Assembly (NCBI GenBank): GCA_050290185.1
Contig: JBNKHE010000002.1
Coordinates: forward strand, 336,385 to 400,384
Length of the DNA: 64,000 bases
Direction: 5' to 3'
DNA from: Pontiella sp.
GTDB lineage: Bacteria; Verrucomicrobiota; Kiritimatiellia; Kiritimatiellales; Pontiellaceae
Of this stretch, positions 59,694 to 64,000 are shown piece by piece; the stretch's first letter is position 1, and every line of letters starts with the position of its first letter. A program made the position numbers and the translations under genes. The notes under the pieces are model-generated. The model did no database searches and was not told the DNA's origin. It worked only from the letters and a program-made list of their open reading frames with translations.

Positions 59694-60596
59694 ATGAAAT
59701 CAATTACCGCAGACAGCATACACTATTTTGGACTATCAGGGTTCCCTTTAGCCATACGAAGGGTACGTACCGATGCGATGCACTCGCAATCTCACCCGCA
59801 CGATCTAACCGAAGTGGAACATTGTCATGATTTTTGCGAGCTCGTCATCGTCACTCAGGGAAATGCCATGCATTGGCTCGAAGGAATGGAATTCCCCGTA
59901 ACCGCCGGCGATGTATTCCTGCTTCAAGGACAGCAGCACCACTATTTCCATGATCGCCGGAATCTCGATCTGATTAATATTATGTATGACCCCGAAAAGA
60001 TCGGGCTTCCGGAAAATGAATTACGGAAGATGCCGGGCTACTGCGCCATGTTCATGCTGGAACCGGCGTATCGCCGTCAACATCGCTTTGCCAGCCGCCT
60101 GCACCTCAAGCGCGTTCCCCTCGCCCATGCCGAACGGTTGGCTGAGGAAATGGAGAAGGAAAGCGAAGAAACGGGGCCCGGCTACGAGGTGGCTCTGCGC
60201 GCCAAGCTGCTGGAACTGCTTGTTTTTCTTTCCAGGGCCTACACCAAAACAGACACGACCGAAGCGCATGCGCTGCTGCGCGTCGGCAATGTAATCGGTG
60301 CATTGGAAAATAACTACGCCAAAGAGTGGTCGCTCGACGAATTGACGGCAATCGCACACATGTCCCGCAGCAACCTGATGCGCGTCTTTCGCAAGGCAAC
60401 CGGCCAGACGCCGATCGAGTACCTCATCCGTCTGCGCATCCAGCGCGCAATGGAACTGCTGCGCAACAGCGATCTCTCCATCACAGAAATCGCCCTCGAG
60501 ATCGGCTTTAACGACAGCAATTATTTCACGCGCCAATTCCGGCGTGTGCTGGGCGAATCGCCCCGTTCGTTCCGGCAGGCAAACGCGTCCGTATAG
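59694..60596 (+). CDS. AraC family regulator (RhaR/RhaS-like), probable xylose operon regulator
   Basis: Cupin 'H.HDFCELVIV..G...H'; HTH 'L.R.FRKATG.TP.EY', 'ITEIA...GFNDSNYFTRQF'; divergent from xylB. Confidence 0.92.
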   Translation: MKSITADSIHYFGLSGFPLAIRRVRTDAMHSQSHPHDLTEVEHCHDFCELVIVTQGNAMHWLEGMEFPVTAGDVFLLQGQQHHYFHDRRNLDLINIMYDPEKIGLPENELRKMPGYCAMFMLEPAYRRQHRFASRLHLKRVPLAHAERLAEEMEKESEETGPGYEVALRAKLLELLVFLSRAYTKTDTTEAHALLRVGNVIGALENNYAKEWSLDELTAIAHMSRSNLMRVFRKATGQTPIEYLIRLRIQRAMELLRNSDLSITEIALEIGFNDSNYFTRQFRRVLGESPRSFRQANASV

Positions 60597-60702
60597 GTCC
60601 GGGCAAGTCCCTGCAAGATTCCTTCTTCCAATAAATATTGGTTCATATAGTATCACGCACATTTCAAGAATTTAATGTCCGAATGAATCGTTAAGGGATG
60701 AC

Positions 60703-61221
60703 ATGGAAAAACTGACATACAAGGAGGCAAAGGAAACGATCACATCCATTTGCCGGGCGGCCGCCGACGGGGAGTACGATACGCGCGAAAAATTTCTGGC
60801 CATGCTGGATAGAAATCCGCATATCGCGGTACAGGGCTACAACACCCATGGAAAAATCTTCTATTGGAACGATGCATCTGCCGATGCCTACGGACATAGT
60901 GAAGCGGCCGCGGTCAACCAGGATCTATTCGAACTGATCCTCCCTCCAGAGCTGCGCATCTTCGCCCGCGACATGGTTCACAGCGGAGCCAAAACGGGAA
61001 AGATGCCAGCTCCCAGTGTATGCGATCTGGTGCGCTGCAACGGGGATTTGATCACGGTCTTTTCCGGGCACGTTGTTTTTACATGGAAGAGAAAATACCC
61101 GGAATTCTATTGTATCGATGTTCCGCTCCATACGGGGCCGGAGACCATAAGCTCATCCCGCAAGCCCTTGGACAAGGTAGATCCAGACCGGGATGGTGAA
61201 TACGCTCAGAACCGTACTTAG
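60703..61221 (+). CDS. Stand-alone PAS domain protein
   Basis: 'IAVQGY...G.I.YWN.AS...YG.S...A..Q.L.ELI.P', 'V.V.SGH', 'EFYCID'; no output domain. Confidence 0.75.
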   Translation: MEKLTYKEAKETITSICRAAADGEYDTREKFLAMLDRNPHIAVQGYNTHGKIFYWNDASADAYGHSEAAAVNQDLFELILPPELRIFARDMVHSGAKTGKMPAPSVCDLVRCNGDLITVFSGHVVFTWKRKYPEFYCIDVPLHTGPETISSSRKPLDKVDPDRDGEYAQNRT

Positions 61222-62154
61222 TACCAGCATGGATGACACAAATCCCCGCTCCACCCCGAGCTGGCAGCTGACCACATAGCTGGCCACCGCGCAGGGGGTT
61301 GAAGCCAGAATGACCGGAACCCCAAGAGAAACCGCAGAAGCCTCGGGGAAAAACAAGCGGATCAGCAATAGTGTGACCAGAGGCAAAAGCACCAGCTTGC
61401 TCCCGACGCTCCAACCCAATGCGCCAAGATGCGCCCGCGTCTGTTCCCACTTAAGAGACGCACCGATAGACAGCAGCGCCAGCGGCAGACCCATGGAGCC
61501 GATCATGCTCAGGAACGATCCGAACAGGTGTCCTGCAGCGACCATTGATGCCGGCATTTGCAACGAACCGTCAATCGTTCGGAATTGGTCCAGGACCAGC
61601 GCGACAAGAATTCCGCAAACGGCGGAAAGCACAACGGGATTCAGGAAAGCTCCCTTGATCCGTTTTCCGGGCTTCATATCGCTGGAGCCCGCACCGTAGA
61701 AACCAATCAGTGTGTAGCTGGTCAGCACAAAAAACGGGATCACCAAACCATTGTAGATAGCGGCCTTGGCAAATCCTTCATTCCCAAATGCATTCTGACT
61801 CAGGGGAAGTCCGACATAGGATGCGTTGGCCCAGTAGGTTCCGAACACAAAGGCCGCTGCAAATCCCCCCTTGTATCGGTTCAGCCTAGCGATACCCATC
61901 GTTAGCAAAACGATAATGAGCACCGCCACGATGGGTATAAGTATCACAGCGGGATCGAAGAAAGAATCAAAGCTTTGCCGGGCCACGCCACTAAAGATCA
62001 GTGCCGGCAGGGAAAACATGTAGACCAGCCAATTGATGAAGGTACAGTGCTCATCCTTGAGCCGGCCTGACACCGCCAACGCTTTCCCGAGCCCCATCAC
62101 GGCAAAAACCGGAACGCAAATCACCAAAACCGCCATTATCCGCGCAGAATCCAT
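61153..62154 (-). CDS. AEC (auxin efflux carrier) family transporter
   Basis: 'LVY.FSLPALIF', 'N..YVGLPL', 'NPV', 'PLALLSIGASL', 'KL...P', 'P.AV.SY', 'ST.LS.FT'. Confidence 0.9.
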   Translation of the reverse strand: MDSARIMAVLVICVPVFAVMGLGKALAVSGRLKDEHCTFINWLVYMFSLPALIFSGVARQSFDSFFDPAVILIPIVAVLIIVLLTMGIARLNRYKGGFAAAFVFGTYWANASYVGLPLSQNAFGNEGFAKAAIYNGLVIPFFVLTSYTLIGFYGAGSSDMKPGKRIKGAFLNPVVLSAVCGILVALVLDQFRTIDGSLQMPASMVAAGHLFGSFLSMIGSMGLPLALLSIGASLKWEQTRAHLGALGWSVGSKLVLLPLVTLLLIRLFFPEASAVSLGVPVILASTPCAVASYVVSCQLGVERGFVSSMLVLSTVLSVFTIPVWIYLVQGLAG

Positions 62155-62201
62155 ACGGAAACTATCGGGGAAAGGAGCAACGGGGAACAAGCCCCGATAA
62201 G

Positions 62202-62759
62202 CTAAATCCATTTGGCGATCTCATCGGACGACAGGCGCGGACGGGTTTGGCGTTCGCTAGGCGATGGCCAGCCGACGGTGATGAGACTGACGGGTTCAAT
62301 ATTGCGCGGCCAGCCAACGATGCGCCGCACCTCCTTCGGCTTCATCCAACCGATCCAGCACGTCCCCAGTCCCAGCTCCTCGGCCTGGAGCACCAGATGT
62401 TCCCCGGCGATGCCGAGATCGAGCAATGGATAGTCCACCCCGGAAATCTTCGGAGCAATCTTGTGGGTAATGGCCGACTTTTCCATACCTAGCGCGATGA
62501 TCGCCCCGGCATTCACCGCCCATTTCATGGGAATGCCCACCAGAAAAGACTCGTTGATAAGCCGCATGCGCGTTGCATCATCTTCCACCACCACAAAACG
62601 CCACGGCTGTTTGTTGCAGGCCGAAGGGGCCAGCCGCGCCGCCTCCAGCATCAACTCCAAATGCTCGCGCGGCACCGGCTTCGGTTCGTACGACCGGCAA
62701 CTGGTTCGGAGCCGGACCAGATCAATGAAGGGTTGTGGTAGCCGGTTATCGTTTTCCAT
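62202..62759 (-). CDS. Nitroreductase family protein
   Basis: 'R.S.R.Y...PV', 'AARLAPSACN.QPWRFVVV', 'D.GIA.EH..L.A.ELGLG.CWIG'. Confidence 0.93.
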   Translation of the reverse strand: MENDNRLPQPFIDLVRLRTSCRSYEPKPVPREHLELMLEAARLAPSACNKQPWRFVVVEDDATRMRLINESFLVGIPMKWAVNAGAIIALGMEKSAITHKIAPKISGVDYPLLDLGIAGEHLVLQAEELGLGTCWIGWMKPKEVRRIVGWPRNIEPVSLITVGWPSPSERQTRPRLSSDEIAKWI

Positions 62760-62857
62760 GGCTGAAGGCTATCATACCCTAAAACCGCCAGCCATTTAAA
62801 TGAGGGCCATCCAGAATGGCGCTAAATTAAGCCGTTTTTGACCGATCCGAAAGTTTT

Positions 62858-62887
62858 GCGCGCCCCCTTCGGAAGGAACGCCCTACA
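62858..62887 (-). repeat. Single GTAG-type REP-like palindrome
   Basis: - strand TGTAGGGCGTTCCTTCCGAAGGGGGCGCGC: GTAG followed by an imperfect GC-rich hairpin. Confidence 0.45.
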
Positions 62888-62995
62888 ACAGATACGCCTT
62901 GTAAAAAGATACAGGACACGCGTCTTTGCTTTCAAAGGGCGTGCGTTTGGTCCGCGTCATGGAACTCTAAACCAAGTGCCATTCAGGGCAGTCTA

Positions 62996-64000
62996 CTATC
63001 CATTCCTACGGGAAAGAGGAATCCTCATGCTCTCCGGTCCGATGGAGGTTATGACACGGAGACAGGATTCGGCGGCAATACTGCCAGGCTGGATCGAAAG
63101 CTTAATCTGCCATTTTCCATCGGCTAGCTTTTTGGACTCCACTGCGCCTTCGGTATTTTCCAGCTGAGCGGAGAGGATTTCGAAAGGCCGGCCATCGCCG
63201 CTGCGAAACATGAGCAGACGCTCCACCTCCTTGGAGGAACCGGAGGAAAGCTGAATCTTGTCGGGCGTCGCCTGGATGATGGGATTAACCGTCCCGACGA
63301 CAGGAACGTCGATGGTGCCGGTCGAGAATTTGAGCTGCACCTGTCCGTTGATTTTTCCCACGGCCAAAGGCTCGGTGGATTTCAGCTGAATCGTCCAGTT
63401 ACGTTGCGGTTTTGCGTTATTCTGCAGGGCGGGTATGGCCTCAGACCTGCCCGCCTCCTTCACAACCGCGGCAGGAAGATCTTCGACCATTCCGGACCTA
63501 CAATCATTCTCAACAATCTCCGCATCCAAACCTTTGATCGTCGTGGAAACCGACTCCAGCGTCACGGCCTTGTCCAGCAGGTTGGTGGCGACGATGGTTG
63601 CCGAGACGGTGCAGTCGGGAAGGATATCTCCGAGGCGAACCCAGCGGGGAGTAAAATCGATCGGCTTGCGCAGCGTGCCGACCATACGCAGATCATAGTA
63701 AAGGTGTTTCTTGTCGTTGGTGATCAGTAGAATTTGTTTGTCCTGGGCACCATAGCGGTTCCTGGTGGTGAAGACCGACGTGCAGACCGCGTTGGAGCCT
63801 GGCGGAATGATCATGGGATCGACCTTGCTTTCCGTGCCGCAGCAGTTCTTGATCGTCACGATCTCCAGCGGCTCATCGCCCCGATTCCAAATGATGAACT
63901 CGTGCGTGATCTGATCCTGCCCAATCACCGTCCCAAAATCATACTTCGGCTCCTCGCATTCGATTCTGGGTGCTGCAATAGCTGTGGCTGCCCACAGGGA
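62996..64000 (-). CDS. DUF1573 Ig-like domain protein, 5'-truncated by the window edge
   Basis: Frame open to 64000 (SLWAATAIAAPRIECEEPKYDFGTV); 'HEF...N.GDEPLEI..I..CCG', 'IPPG', 'K.I...TND'. Confidence 0.85.
   Translation of the reverse strand, partial: SLWAATAIAAPRIECEEPKYDFGTVIGQDQITHEFIIWNRGDEPLEIVTIKNCCGTESKVDPMIIPPGSNAVCTSVFTTRNRYGAQDKQILLITNDKKHLYYDLRMVGTLRKPIDFTPRWVRLGDILPDCTVSATIVATNLLDKAVTLESVSTTIKGLDAEIVENDCRSGMVEDLPAAVVKEAGRSEAIPALQNNAKPQRNWTIQLKSTEPLAVGKINGQVQLKFSTGTIDVPVVGTVNPIIQATPDKIQLSSGSSKEVERLLMFRSGDGRPFEILSAQLENTEGAVESKKLADGKWQIKLSIQPGSIAAESCLRVITSIGPESMRIPLSRRNG
63423..63502. repeat. Inverted REP-like doublet lying in frame inside the DUF1573 gene
   Basis: Arms TGCAGGGCGGGTATGGCCTCAGACCTGCCCGCC (63423-63455) and, on the - strand, TGTAGGTCCGGAATGGTCGAAGATCTTCCTGCC (63470-63502); 23/33 by eye, 14-nt spacer. 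Confidence 0.65.

Overview
A 64-kb, GC-rich, gene-dense bacterial chromosomal segment. The gene content (PEP-CTERM, SHD1, LamG and CBM9 proteins, and a Verrucomicrobia-type 'Y-x-V-E..NL..W..FYRV' module) suggests the PVC superphylum, probably Kiritimatiellota/Verrucomicrobiota; this is an inference. Housekeeping blocks: trpB2, a Na+/alanine symporter, PTS-IIA plus CPA2 antiporter, a full mrp/mnhA-G operon, HU, murA (Cys-to-Asp variant), ppa, gyrB-gyrA, NAD salvage (pncA/pncB), sfsA, hslO, an RluA-family synthase and a xylose operon with a divergent AraC regulator. I found no rRNA, tRNA or CRISPR array. The most interesting region is 25.7-35.8 kb. An OmpR-family response regulator and a sensor kinase with a TPR-like periplasmic domain lie downstream of two paralogous secreted TPR/DUF3352-like/CBM9 proteins, a secreted double-NTF2 protein and an unannotated 61-aa ORF. 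Each of those four upstream genes has the same 11-bp-period direct-repeat box 9 nt before a -10-like hexamer, and three share a covarying 5' hairpin, which looks like an undescribed autoregulated, accessory-receptor two-component system. Other points: a decayed IS30 remnant and a duplicated gene 5' end flanking a small island, an orphan HicB-like gene between gyrB and gyrA, GTAG-type REP elements inside coding sequences, a stand-alone Ser/Thr-kinase N-terminal module, a lipoprotein ending in a pilin-like domain, and a LamG domain inserted into another domain. All family calls come from motif recognition; no database searches were run.
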